Shown here: piece after piece, positions 36,158-45,481 of the stretch
How the letters are laid out: each line of letters begins with the position of its first letter
Numbering within the stretch: the first letter of the stretch is position 1
Assembly: GCA_965226875.1 (NCBI GenBank)
Contig: OZ245439.1
Location: 3,271,081-3,335,080 of the forward strand
Length of the DNA: 64,000 bases
Direction: 5' to 3'
DNA from: Dehalococcoidia bacterium
Lineage (GTDB): Bacteria; Chloroflexota; Dehalococcoidia; Lucifugimonadales; UBA3495
Position numbers and translations under genes: made by a program
Notes under the pieces: generated by a model
Told to the model about the DNA's origin: nothing
What the model saw: only the letters and a program-made list of their open reading frames with translations
Databases searched by the model: none

Positions 36158-36418
36158 CCAACATCGCCCTTCGCTCTCCAGCGTACATATCGCGCTGACT
36201 CAAACTGGGCTGCCAAATGGTAGCCCAGAATGGCGAAATGCGTTGGTACCAACTTCAGGAACACACCGAAGTCAACCTATTCCTGGATCTCGGAGAGTTG
36301 ACTACGTTTGAAGATCTCTCCAGAGCATTAGCCAAGAACGGAGAGAATCCTGATGCGTTTTTCGCCATGTACGAATCGCTTTAGATCTCCCGCGAGTTGC
36401 GCTATCGGTGGAGCGTAG

Positions 36419-36628
36419 ATCAGCTATCGCAGAAATGGACGCCCGGTCATGGCACTGATGTCTTGGGAGCTTTTCGAGGCTCTGGCAGACACTATCGAAA
36501 TACAGTCCGACCCGGAGCTCATGGCGCAAATTAACCAGCGCGAAATCGATGTCTCTCAAGGGAAAACGATTCTACCCAGTGAGATTATAGCCGTGCTCAA
36601 CATTAAGCCGGATGCCGCTCCCGCTTAG
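36419..36628 (+). pseudogene. C-terminal two-thirds of a Phd/YefM-type antitoxin (remnant)
   Basis: My translation gives ...NGRPVMALMSWELFEALADTIEIQSDPELMAQINQREIDVSQGKTILPSEIIAVL.... The frame is closed by TAG at 36416. The only ATG is at 36449 (59 aa, below the ORF-track cut-off), and no N-terminal DNA-binding part or toxin partner is present. Confidence 0.35.
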
Positions 36629-36812
36629 TCAGAAAGCGGCCACTAAAACCGCATAACATCTGCCCGCAAGTGTCAAGGACTGGGGGGAGAAGTAGTTTTG
36701 GTCAGGAAACTCTCGACTTGATGCGCGACACGACACTGGTCAATGTCCAATGTTCCCTCGTAGCTGATTTGTATCTGGAATTATTTGACATCTCAATGGT
36801 CAATGTCCTGAC

Positions 36813-37295
36813 ATGAGTCGCATCGAAATGACCGCATCCTGGCAGCAGTTCGCGGCCCAGGCCCCTGAGCTGGCGGCGCTGGGCGAGGCGCAGTTCGCGC
36901 GGACGGGGCTGGCGCTGGTGGGGACGCTGCGGCGGGACGGCTGGCCGCGCATCTCGCCAGTGGAGCCGTTAATCACCGGGGGGCAGTTGTACCTGGGCAT
37001 GATGTGGCGCTCGGTGAAGGCGCTGGACCTGTTGCGCGACTCCCGCTGCGTCGTCCACAGCACGGTGTCCAACCGGGACGGCACGGAGGGCGAATTCAAG
37101 GTCTATGGGCGGGCCGTAGAGGTCAACGACCCCGAGGAGCGGCGGCGTTTCGGGGACGCAGTGTTTGCCGCCATCGGCTTTCGGACGGAAGAGCCGGAGT
37201 TCCACTGCTTCGCCATCTCCATCGAGAGCGTGGTTTTCTCCCACCTCCGGGACAGCGAGTTTCACCGGCAGGTATGGAAGGCCGGACAAACGTAG
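36813..37295 (+). CDS. pyridoxamine 5'-phosphate oxidase-family (split-barrel flavin/F420-binding) protein
   Basis: 160 aa with LVGTLRRDGWPRISPVEPLITGGQLYLGM...VHSTV...EFKVYGRAVEV, the PPOX-like barrel pattern. Confidence 0.65.
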   Translation: MSRIEMTASWQQFAAQAPELAALGEAQFARTGLALVGTLRRDGWPRISPVEPLITGGQLYLGMMWRSVKALDLLRDSRCVVHSTVSNRDGTEGEFKVYGRAVEVNDPEERRRFGDAVFAAIGFRTEEPEFHCFAISIESVVFSHLRDSEFHRQVWKAGQT

Positions 37296-37344
37296 AGGAC
37301 GCAGGAAAAATCCCCGCGTCCCCCCGATTCCAGTGTTGCCGGCC

Positions 37345-38361
37345 CTAGTCGAAGACGAACACGCACTTGCCCGTGGTGGCGCCGTCAAAGGTCTGGAAGG
37401 CTTCGATGGCCTGGTCCAGGCCGTAGCGGTGGGTTATCAGCCGGTCCAACGGGGCCTTGGTGTCCACGAAGAAGCGGGCGATTTCAATGAGCTCCGCCTT
37501 GCTGAACGTCCATGAGCCGAAGATGGTCAGCACCTTGAAGATCACGTCGCGGTTGAAGTCTATCTCCGCTGGCCCGCCGACGCCCACGTAGCAGGCGCGG
37601 GCGAAGGGGCGCAGGCAGGAGAGCGTCTGCTGCCGGGCCGTGGGGTTCCCAGACGTTTCCAGCGACGCCGTGGCCCCTTGTCCGTCGGTGAGGTCGAGGA
37701 TGGCCTGCACCGGGTCGTTGGTAGCGGCGTTGATGGTGTGGTCGGCCCCCAACTCCGTCGCCAGCCTCAGCCGTTCATCCACAACGTCGACGGCGATGAC
37801 GCGGGCTCCCATTGCCTTGGCCGATAGAGTGCCGCTCAGGCCCACCGGCCCCTGCCCGAACACCGCCACGATATCCTTGCCGTTAATGTCCATCTTGTTC
37901 AGCCCGTTCCAGGCTGTGCCGGTGCCGCAGGATATGGCCGCGCCCTCCTCGAAGGAAAGCTCGTCGGGCAGATGCACCAGCGTGCGGGATGGACAGATCA
38001 TGTAGTCGGCGTTCGCCCCGTGTCCCGTGCCGCCGCCGAAGGTGACGTGGCCATGGGGGCATAGCTGCTCGTAACCCATGGAGCAGATTTCGCAGACGCC
38101 GCAGCCCTCGTAGTGGTGGCACATCACCCGGTCGCCCAGCTTCAAGCCCGGGGGAGCACCCGGCCCCAGCTCCTCGATGACGCCGCAAGGCTCGTGGCCG
38201 GTGATCATCTCCGTCGGTTCCGCGTCGCGGTAGCGGTGCAAGTCTGTGCCGCACAGCCCGGAGGCGCGAATTCGCAGCACTACCTCCCCCGGCCCGGCGT
38301 GGGGCTCGGGAAACTCCCGTAGCTCGGCCTCCCGGTTACCCTTAAACGTGACTCCGCGCAT
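37345..38361 (-). CDS. zinc-dependent alcohol dehydrogenase (MDR family)
   Basis: GLCGTDLH, GHEPCGVIEE, a structural-Zn region CGVCEICSMGYEQLC and GQGPVGL Rossmann motif. Start at M23 (38361). Confidence 0.9.
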   Translation of the reverse strand: MRGVTFKGNREAELREFPEPHAGPGEVVLRIRASGLCGTDLHRYRDAEPTEMITGHEPCGVIEELGPGAPPGLKLGDRVMCHHYEGCGVCEICSMGYEQLCPHGHVTFGGGTGHGANADYMICPSRTLVHLPDELSFEEGAAISCGTGTAWNGLNKMDINGKDIVAVFGQGPVGLSGTLSAKAMGARVIAVDVVDERLRLATELGADHTINAATNDPVQAILDLTDGQGATASLETSGNPTARQQTLSCLRPFARACYVGVGGPAEIDFNRDVIFKVLTIFGSWTFSKAELIEIARFFVDTKAPLDRLITHRYGLDQAIEAFQTFDGATTGKCVFVFD

Positions 38362-38777
38362 GATTTTCTCCCGTATCGAAATGGATGAACAGATGATACC
38401 AAACGCAGCATGGACAGGAAATGACAATCACACAGAGACACCCCAAGGCGCACAGGCTTAAAATGGCCCACAGCGTAGGGTACTGACTATGACCATGCTG
38501 AAACCCCGCTCCGGGATGCGGTGTGACCGCCGACGACACGCTGACGACACCGCTGCTCCCTGGCCTCGCCATACCGCTGGCCGACGTGTTCCGCCATCGC
38601 CGCCGCCCGGTGGAACAAAGCCCTTAGGCCAGCGCCTCTGCCACCCCTCCCGCCTTTCCAGACGCCCGCTTTGCCGCCTTTTTCGCTGGTATGCCCGCGC
38701 GGTTTGGATGTATGATAGGGGCGTCTCGCCGGACGGCGGGCCGTCCCTTTCCATAACCGCCCTTCGAGATTTGTTCT

Positions 38778-39347
38778 TTGGAAGAATTGCCTAGCCTCCA
38801 GGCATTAGTGTCGGTGGATGAGCCGTATGAGGGCGAAATCGATGCCGGGTGGCTGGAAGGTGTGGCTCGGATAGCTCTGACCGCGACAGACACCCCGGGA
38901 AACGCCGAGGTCAGCCTGCTCATCACCGACGACGATACAGTGCGCGAGCTGAACGCCGAATACCGGGGGCTGGACGAGACAACCGACGTTCTGTCCTTCT
39001 CCGCCGAATACACGGGCCACTGGGAAGGCGACGGCGACGGGCCAACGCAGAGCGGGGGAGAGTTCGTCCTGCCGCCGGACATCCCTCAGCCGTTGGGCGA
39101 AATTATCATTTCCTGGCCGCAGGCTCAGCGGCAGGCCGGGGAGCATGGCGTCAGCCCGATGCAGGAGTTGGCCCACCTCGTCATTCATGGCGCCCTGCAC
39201 CTGGTGGGCTACGACCATGTGGAACCGGAAGAGGCCGCGCTGATGCAGGCCCGGGAACACCAAGCGCTAACCGCCCTCACCCTGACCCTCTCCCTGGGGG
39301 AGAGGGAAAAAGGGAATAAGGGAATGATGGAGTCCTCGCCGCCATGA
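38778..39347 (+). CDS. ybeY: rRNA maturation endoribonuclease YbeY
   Basis: TDVLSFS and HLVIHGALHLVGYDH (the H-x-x-x-H-x-x-x-x-x-H zinc motif). The C-terminal ~25 aa are translated from a palindromic repeat copy. TTG start uncertain. Confidence 0.85.
   Translation: MEELPSLQALVSVDEPYEGEIDAGWLEGVARIALTATDTPGNAEVSLLITDDDTVRELNAEYRGLDETTDVLSFSAEYTGHWEGDGDGPTQSGGEFVLPPDIPQPLGEIIISWPQAQRQAGEHGVSPMQELAHLVIHGALHLVGYDHVEPEEAALMQAREHQALTALTLTLSLGEREKGNKGMMESSPP
39274..39306. repeat. CCCTCACCC + CCCTCTCCC-loop-GGGAGAGGG element, inverted orientation relative to 15111 and 61332
   Basis: CCCTCACCCTGACCCTCTCCCTGGGGGAGAGGG lies inside the 3' end of ybeY. Confidence 0.7.
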
Positions 39348-41017
39348 CCTCGCAGGTCTACTATCGCAAGTGGCGCCCCTCCAGCTTCGCCGAACTGGCC
39401 GGGCAGGAACACGTCTCCACCACCCTGCGCCAGTCGGTGCGGCTGGGGCGTATCTCCCACTCCTACCTGTTCTGCGGGCCTCGCGGCTGCGGCAAGACCA
39501 CCACAGCCCGCATCATTGCCAAGGCCGCCAACTGCCTCGACCTGCAAGACGGCGACCCATGCAACGCCTGCTCCGTCTGCCAGTCCATCAACGAAGGCCG
39601 CTTCATGGACATCATCGAGCTGGACGCCGCCAGCAACCGGGGCATCGACGAGATACGGGACATCCGCGACAAGGTGAACTTCGCGCCGGTGCAGGGACGC
39701 CGCAAAGTCTACATCATAGACGAAGCCCATATGCTCACCGACGCCGCCTCCAACGCCTTCCTGAAGACGCTGGAAGAGCCGCCGGCCCACGTCATCTTCG
39801 TCCTCTGCACCACCGAGGCCCACCGCATCCTGCCCACCATCATCTCCCGTTGCCAGCGGCTGGACTTCCGCCGCATCCCGTCGGAGACGGTCTTCGGGCG
39901 CTTGTCGGAGATTGCGGACGCCGAGGGCGTGGCGGTGGAGCCGGCCGCCCTGCGCATAATTGCCCGCTACTCCGCCGGCAGCCTGCGCGACGCCGAGAAC
40001 CTGCTGGAGCAGCTTGTCGTCTCCAGCCCTGACGGCGTTACCGCGCCGCAGGTGGAGAATCTGCTGGGCATGGGCAGCGACGAGACGGCCCTGGAACTGG
40101 TCAAGTACCTGTTGCTGGGCAACACCACAGCGTCGCTCTCGGCGGTGAACCGGGCAGCGTGGGAGGGAAGCGACATGCGTCAACTGCACCGCCAGACCTC
40201 CGACCTGTTGCGCGGATTCATGCACCTGCAATGGGGTTCCGAGGACGCGGTGGACCTGCCCGAACATGTGCGGGCGCAGTTGAAAGAGTTGGTGGGCCAG
40301 CAACCGCCGTGGCGAATCGTCCATGCCCTGAAGATCTGGGGCGCGGTCAATATGCGCTATGACGCGCCGTCAACGCTGCCGCTGGAGCTGGCGGCGGTGG
40401 AGATTTGCGAGGAAACGGCAGCTCCCGCCCCGGTGTCCGAGGCACCACCTGCCGCGCCAGCCCCGGCCCGCAGGGCTCCCGAACCGCAGCAGCCTCCGCG
40501 GGCCGCGCCCCCGCCGCGGGAGCCGCGCCCGGAGCGTCCGCCGCCCCGGGAGCGCCCGGCGGCTCCGGCTCCCGCCGCTGCCCGCGGCCCCGCGCCTCAG
40601 CCCGCCGGCGCGGGCGGCGGAAGTACGGGAGGCGATTCCAACGAGCTGTCGGTACAATGGAATAACGCCGTAAAGTCGCTGTCGCGGCACAAGGGCCGAA
40701 AGTACAATCTGGGAGCCTTGCTCCGGGATTGCAAGGTCAACAGCATATCGCTGGACGGCCAGACCCTTGTATTGCCCTTCACCAACAAGGCCAACCTGGA
40801 GCGGTTGCAGGAGGAGCTGGAAGACCCGGGTTCCCGCACACGCATGGCCGAGGCGCTGGCCAGTTCCTTCGGCGAGGGCTGCGATTATAGGTTGACCCTG
40901 GCCAGCGGACAGCCGGCCAACGGAGGCTCCAGCAAGACGGCCCAGCAGAGCCCGCTGGTACGCGCCGCCCTGGGTATGGGCGCACGAATCCTCCACGAAG
41001 AAGAGGTGGAAGAATGA
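39344..41017 (+). CDS. dnaX: DNA polymerase III subunit gamma/tau
   Basis: YRKWRPSSFAELAGQEHV, GPRGCGKTT, a zinc module C..C..C and IIDEAHML, plus a Pro-rich linker. Overlaps the ybeY stop (ATGA). Confidence 0.9.
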   Translation: MTSQVYYRKWRPSSFAELAGQEHVSTTLRQSVRLGRISHSYLFCGPRGCGKTTTARIIAKAANCLDLQDGDPCNACSVCQSINEGRFMDIIELDAASNRGIDEIRDIRDKVNFAPVQGRRKVYIIDEAHMLTDAASNAFLKTLEEPPAHVIFVLCTTEAHRILPTIISRCQRLDFRRIPSETVFGRLSEIADAEGVAVEPAALRIIARYSAGSLRDAENLLEQLVVSSPDGVTAPQVENLLGMGSDETALELVKYLLLGNTTASLSAVNRAAWEGSDMRQLHRQTSDLLRGFMHLQWGSEDAVDLPEHVRAQLKELVGQQPPWRIVHALKIWGAVNMRYDAPSTLPLELAAVEICEETAAPAPVSEAPPAAPAPARRAPEPQQPPRAAPPPREPRPERPPPRERPAAPAPAAARGPAPQPAGAGGGSTGGDSNELSVQWNNAVKSLSRHKGRKYNLGALLRDCKVNSISLDGQTLVLPFTNKANLERLQEELEDPGSRTRMAEALASSFGEGCDYRLTLASGQPANGGSSKTAQQSPLVRAALGMGARILHEEEVEE

Positions 41018-41313
41018 ACCGAAACATGATGCGCCAGGCCCAGAGGCAACTGGCCCAACTGCAAAAGATTCAGGAAGAATTGGAAACCCTCACCGTCGAG
41101 GGCACCGCCGGGGGCGGCGCGGTCAAGGTCGTGATGACCGGCAAGCAGATGGTGGAGTCGGTGTTCATCGAACCGGAAGCAGCGGAAGACGTGGACCTGC
41201 TGCAAGACATGATGGCCGCCGCCTTCAACGACGCCGCCATAAAAGCGCAGGAATTGGCCGCCAGCAAGATGAGCGTCATAACCGGAGGCATGAACATCCC
41301 AGGGCTGACGTAG
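41014..41313 (+). CDS. ybaB: YbaB/EbfC-family nucleoid-associated protein
   Basis: 99 aa with MMRQAQRQLAQLQKIQEEL...GGGAVKVVMTGKQMV...; conserved dnaX-ybaB-recR order. Confidence 0.9.
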   Translation: MNRNMMRQAQRQLAQLQKIQEELETLTVEGTAGGGAVKVVMTGKQMVESVFIEPEAAEDVDLLQDMMAAAFNDAAIKAQELAASKMSVITGGMNIPGLT

Positions 41314-41411
41314 GGGACGAGCAAAAGGCTCCCTCTCAAACCGGAACCGCCCAATATGCCCCTCACGGCATTAGACGGAAAACACTCAACGTTCTGACCG
41401 CAGGCTTACTT

Positions 41412-42026
41412 ATGACCCCCGACAACCTCCCATCCGCCGCCCCTTCCCTCGCCCGGCTGGTGCAGGAGCTGAACCGGCTGCCCGGCATCGGGCCGAAGAG
41501 CGCGCAGCGGCTGGCTTACTACATCATCCGCCTGCCGGATGAGGAAGCGTATGCGCTGGCCGAGGCGGTCACTGCGGTCAAGCGCAACACCATCTTCTGC
41601 GGCGAGTGCCAGAACCTTGCCGAGGCCACTCCATGCGTCATCTGCGCCGACCATCGCCGCAGCCGCTCCATCATCTGCGTGGTTGAGGACCCGATGGACG
41701 TGCTGGCTCTGGAGCGCACCCGCAGCTTTCGCGGGCTGTATCATGTGCTGCACGGGGTCATCTCGCCCATTAACGGAATCGGCCCGGACCAATTGAAGCT
41801 GAGGGAACTGGTTTCGCGGCTCGACGCTCCGGAGGTAACGGAACTGGTGGTGGCGACCAACCCGACGCTGGAGGGGGAGGCCACCGCCATGTACATCCAG
41901 CGGCAACTCAACCGCGACGACCTGCGCATCACCCGCCTGGCCCGGGGGCTGCCGGTGGGCGGCTCGCTGGAGCACACCGATGAGACAACGCTGGGCCGCG
42001 CTTTCCAGGGACGGCAGGAGTTGTAG
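41412..42026 (+). CDS. recR: recombination protein RecR
   Basis: LPGIGPKSAQRLAYY (HhH), a C4 zinc finger FCGECQNL...CVIC and a Toprim VVEDPMDVLALE. Confidence 0.95.
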   Translation: MTPDNLPSAAPSLARLVQELNRLPGIGPKSAQRLAYYIIRLPDEEAYALAEAVTAVKRNTIFCGECQNLAEATPCVICADHRRSRSIICVVEDPMDVLALERTRSFRGLYHVLHGVISPINGIGPDQLKLRELVSRLDAPEVTELVVATNPTLEGEATAMYIQRQLNRDDLRITRLARGLPVGGSLEHTDETTLGRAFQGRQEL

Positions 42027-42028
42027 CC

Positions 42029-42838
42029 GTGGCGCCCCTGGGCGGAATAGAAAGGGCGCGCACCTATCGCTGCGAGGGGCTGACGCTGAGAAAGGCGTCC
42101 ATCGGGGAAGCCGACCTCGTGGTCACCGTGTTCACCGCTGAGCGGGGCAAGGTGCGCGCCGTAGCCAAGGGCGCCCGCCGCTCCAGCAGCAGACTGGTGG
42201 GCCACCTGGAGCCGCTGACGCTGGCCCGGCTGTCCATGGCTCACGGGCGCGAGCTGGACATCGTCACCCAGGCGCAGGTGGAGGATGGCTTTGCCGCGCT
42301 GAAGGATGACCTGACCTCCTTGACGCGAGGTCTGTACGTCGCCGAACTGCTGGACGGCTTTGGCCCCGAGGACAGCCCGTCGCCAGGGCTGCTCAGGCTG
42401 GCGATCAATGTGCTGCGGGCCTTGCCCGGCGCGGCGGAGCCGGAGGCCCCGTTGCGCTACTTCGAGTTCCACCTGTTGCGACTGACCGGGATGCTGCCCG
42501 AACTCTACCAGTGCGTGGAGTGCCGGAGGGAAGTGGAGCCCGACGCTCATCGCTTCAGCGTAAATCTGGGCGGAGTGCTGTGCCCCGGTTGCAGTCCGCT
42601 GGAAGCCCAGGTGCGTCCCCTTTCGCTGCGGGCCATGAAAGTGTTGCGGCTCATACACCGGCGCAGCCTGGGCGAAGTTTGCGCGCTGAGCCTCAGCCCG
42701 CCCCTTGCCGCCGAACTGAAGTCCATCCTGTCCAACGCCGTCCGCTACTGGCTGGGCAAGGAAATTCGCTCGGGCGCTTTCCTGGAACGGCTACAAGGCG
42801 AAAGGCCCGGCGGATCGGGAGCGGCCACCGGGGAGTGA
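42029..42838 (+). CDS. recO: DNA repair protein RecO
   Basis: The OB-fold N-terminus EGLTLRKASIGEADLVVTVFTAERGKVRAVAKGARR and a zinc motif CVECRREV...CPGC. GTG start. Confidence 0.85.
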   Translation: MAPLGGIERARTYRCEGLTLRKASIGEADLVVTVFTAERGKVRAVAKGARRSSSRLVGHLEPLTLARLSMAHGRELDIVTQAQVEDGFAALKDDLTSLTRGLYVAELLDGFGPEDSPSPGLLRLAINVLRALPGAAEPEAPLRYFEFHLLRLTGMLPELYQCVECRREVEPDAHRFSVNLGGVLCPGCSPLEAQVRPLSLRAMKVLRLIHRRSLGEVCALSLSPPLAAELKSILSNAVRYWLGKEIRSGAFLERLQGERPGGSGAATGE

Positions 42839-43036
42839 GCGAGCTGCATCTGATAGCAATCGAACTACGCAACGGCGCTATTGCCAGCGTTTCGAGTGTT
42901 TAATCCTGAAAACGTGTTGCAAAAAACAGGCAATATCGTAGCGCACAGTGGTAATATGTCGGCTCATTAGAGCCGGGCTATGCCACGCCCGCGCCAGGTT
43001 GGGAGTCGAGCGACAGATTCAGGGAGGGGTGCGCCG

Positions 43037-44617
43037 ATGTTTTCCAAGGTACTGATCGCAAACCGGGGCGAAATCGCCTGCCGTGTAATCCGCGCCTGCC
43101 AACGTCTGGGCGTCAAGACCGTTGCGGTGTACTCCGACGTTGACGCAGGTTCGCTGCCGGTGCAGCAAGCTGACGAAGCGGTGCCCTTGGGCAACGCGGC
43201 TCCCCAGGACAGCTACCTGAATGTCGAAAAGATTCTCGCGGCCGCCCAGTTGGCGGGGGCGGATGCAATCCATCCCGGTTACGGATTCCTGTCGGAAAAC
43301 CCCCACTTCGCCCGCCAATGCGAGCGGGCGGGCATCTGCTTCATCGGCCCCAGACCGGAGGTCATGGAGCAGATGGGAGACAAACTTTTCGCCCGCAGCC
43401 TGGCCCGAGAGGAAGGGCTGCCCCTGCTGCCCGGAACGGACGACGCCGTGCCTGACGGCGAAGCGGCGGAAACGGCTTGGCGGCTCGGGTTCCCGCTGAT
43501 GGTCAAAGCGGCGGCGGGCGGCGGCGGGATCGGCATACACGTTGTTGAGTCGCCCGAGGAACTGGCTCCCCTCATAGAGCGCTCCCGGCAGGCGGCCTCC
43601 GGCGCATTCGGAAGCGGGCGCCTTTACTTCGAGCGCTACCTGAAAGACGCCTCGCACATCGAGGTCCAACTGCTGGGAGACAACTACGGCAACCTGGTCC
43701 ACCTGTTCGAGCGCGACTGCTCGGTGCAGCGACGCAACCAGAAGCTCATCGAGGAAACCCCGGCTTCGGCCAAGCTCACCCCCCAGACGCAGCGGCGGCT
43801 GGCGTCGCTGGCCCTCACCCTGGGACGGCGCATCGGCTACAACAACGCCGGCACCGTGGAGTTTCTGGTCTCCCGCGACGGCAGCGTCTATTTCCTGGAA
43901 ATGAACACCCGCCTTCAGGTGGAGCATGGCGTTACCGAGCTGACCACCGGCCTGGACTTGGTCGAGTTACAGCTCAGAGTCGCCTGCGGAGAGAGACTCC
44001 CGATAGCGCAGGAGGACGTCGTCCAGAGGGGGCACGCCATAGAAGCCCGCATCTACCCCGAGGACCCGGAAACCTTCATGCCCGACGCCGGGGAGATTAC
44101 CAGCCTGCATCTGCCGGCGGGCGAAAATGTGCGCATTGATACCGCTCTTTGCGATGGCTACACCGTTGGGTTAGACTACGAGCCGTTGCTGGCCAAGGTG
44201 ATGGCCTGGGGCGAAAACCGGGAACAGGCCATCAGGACTTTGCAGCGGGCCCTATTGGAGTTGCGCCTTGAAGGAGTCAGGAACAACGTCCCGCTCTTGC
44301 GCAGCATACTGGCCAGCAAAGAATTCATCGGTGCTGCACATCATACCGGGTCGGTCCCGCATTGGGTGAACGAGTTGCGACAGAGGCATCTGGCCCGTCA
44401 GTCCGGTATGCCTGCCCACCTGCTCCACGGCAATGAGCCGGCCAGGAGCGGCAACGGCCACGACCGGCCCGAAAAGGAAATGGCCGCCGCCATCGGTGTT
44501 GCCTTGGCGATGGCAATGCAACAGTCCTCGCCCGAAACGGAGACCAGCGGGTGGCGCACCCAGCGACGGCGAGAGCAGCTCTACTCCCGGAGCATGGGGA
44601 GCCGGGGTTGGCGATAA
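43037..44617 (+). CDS. biotin carboxylase (AccC-like) with ~80-aa C-terminal extension
   Basis: MFSKVLIANRGEIACRVIRAC, KAAAGGGGIGI, EMNTRLQVEH and EARIYPEDP; 526 aa from ATG 43037 (AGGGAGGGG upstream). Confidence 0.9.
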   Translation: MFSKVLIANRGEIACRVIRACQRLGVKTVAVYSDVDAGSLPVQQADEAVPLGNAAPQDSYLNVEKILAAAQLAGADAIHPGYGFLSENPHFARQCERAGICFIGPRPEVMEQMGDKLFARSLAREEGLPLLPGTDDAVPDGEAAETAWRLGFPLMVKAAAGGGGIGIHVVESPEELAPLIERSRQAASGAFGSGRLYFERYLKDASHIEVQLLGDNYGNLVHLFERDCSVQRRNQKLIEETPASAKLTPQTQRRLASLALTLGRRIGYNNAGTVEFLVSRDGSVYFLEMNTRLQVEHGVTELTTGLDLVELQLRVACGERLPIAQEDVVQRGHAIEARIYPEDPETFMPDAGEITSLHLPAGENVRIDTALCDGYTVGLDYEPLLAKVMAWGENREQAIRTLQRALLELRLEGVRNNVPLLRSILASKEFIGAAHHTGSVPHWVNELRQRHLARQSGMPAHLLHGNEPARSGNGHDRPEKEMAAAIGVALAMAMQQSSPETETSGWRTQRRREQLYSRSMGSRGWR

Positions 44618-45042
44618 CCAGACTGCGCGTCCGGGTCGGGGATAACTGGTACAACGTCGAGGTGGGCGACCTCGACCGCTCGCCCGTGCAGGTGACGGTG
44701 GAAGGCGAGACGTTCTCCGTGGAGGTGGAAGGCCTACCAGCTCGCGCCCGCCCCCGGCGGGGACGCACTCAGACCCCCGGCATCTTGGTGCCGCCGCCGG
44801 CCAGCCGGGTCAACCCCACCGGCGGCGACGGCAACTTCATCCGCTCCCCCATGCCCGGCCGCGTCATTTCCATCATGGTGCGCCCCGGCGATACCGTTTC
44901 CGTGGGCCAGGAAGTGTGCGTGGTGGAGGCGATGAAGATGGAACAGAGCATCCGATCGCCCCGGAACGGCGTGGTCAAGGAAATCCGCGTACAGCCCATG
45001 GACTCCGTCCGCACCAACGACCCGCTGATGGAGCTTGAGTAG
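44608..45042 (+). CDS. biotin carboxyl carrier protein (biotin/lipoyl attachment domain)
   Basis: Biotinylation motif VVEAMKMEQ. I prefer the TTG at 44608 (GGGGAG upstream, 10-nt overlap with the accC-like stop) to the ORF-track ATG at 44551. Confidence 0.8.
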   Translation: MAITRLRVRVGDNWYNVEVGDLDRSPVQVTVEGETFSVEVEGLPARARPRRGRTQTPGILVPPPASRVNPTGGDGNFIRSPMPGRVISIMVRPGDTVSVGQEVCVVEAMKMEQSIRSPRNGVVKEIRVQPMDSVRTNDPLMELE

Positions 45043-45118
45043 GGGCGACGATTGCGCTGGCGGTAACTGACAGGCAATTTATGTATAATGTCTCCTCTAC
45101 CTTCAGGAAGCCTTAACC

Positions 45119-45481
45119 GTGCCCTGGGACGTTGAGTATACCGACGAGTTTCTCAAGTGGTGGAATGAAATATCCGGCAGGGAACAGGACTCAGTTTCAA
45201 TATCTGTTGACCGCCTGATAGAAGACGGCATCAGTCTTGGCTTCCCTCACTCGTCAGCGATACACTCTTCTCGGCACAGCCATATGCGAGAATTGAGAGT
45301 GCGAGGCGGAAGGAGTTCCATTCGTGTCTTCTATGCGTTCGACCCGCGGCGTACCTCAATACTGCTAGTTGGCGGCTTCAAGACTGATGGGGAACGATTC
45401 TACCAGCAGTACGTACCTATCGCGGACCGTCTTTATGACCAGTATCTTGAAGACTTGCGCCAGGAGGGGCTGATTCCATGA
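45119..45481 (+). CDS. RelE/ParE-superfamily toxin, HigB/Gp49-like
   Basis: WDVEYTDEFLKWWNEIS...MRELRVRGGRSSIRVFYAFDPRRTSILLVGGFKTDGERFYQQYVPIADRLYDQY is the typical Gp49/HigB-2 addiction-module pattern. AT-richer than the flanks. Confidence 0.75.
   Translation: MPWDVEYTDEFLKWWNEISGREQDSVSISVDRLIEDGISLGFPHSSAIHSSRHSHMRELRVRGGRSSIRVFYAFDPRRTSILLVGGFKTDGERFYQQYVPIADRLYDQYLEDLRQEGLIP

Noticed and set aside
36756-36812. A GGTCAATGTCC direct repeat (36756 and 36797 regions) and TTGACA just upstream of the PPOX-family gene, considered as operator plus promoter.
   Set aside because: No acceptable -10 element lies at the right spacing. With only two 11-bp copies, this could be chance.
35805-37000. 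A direct repeat of the tRNA-Glu 3' end marking the far att site of an island.
   Set aside because: Scanning by eye for CGAAGCCCCTCCGGGGTA or sub-strings found nothing within about 1.2 kb. The absence is not proof, because a proper alignment is needed.
38428-38777. Search for an SRP RNA (ffs), RNase P RNA or a riboswitch in the 350-bp gap upstream of ybeY-dnaX. Also checked upstream of metF, the MetE-like gene and leuB.
   Set aside because: No conserved cores were visible: GGAAGCAGC-type SRP helix 8, GAGGAAAGTCCGGGC of RNase P, the B12 box, or SAM-I motifs. Infernal would be needed to be sure.
39344-41017. A programmed -1 frameshift in dnaX (gamma/tau) as in E. coli.
   Set aside because: I could not find an A AAA AAG-type slippery heptamer or any A6 run inside the gene. 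Nothing in the sequence supports it.
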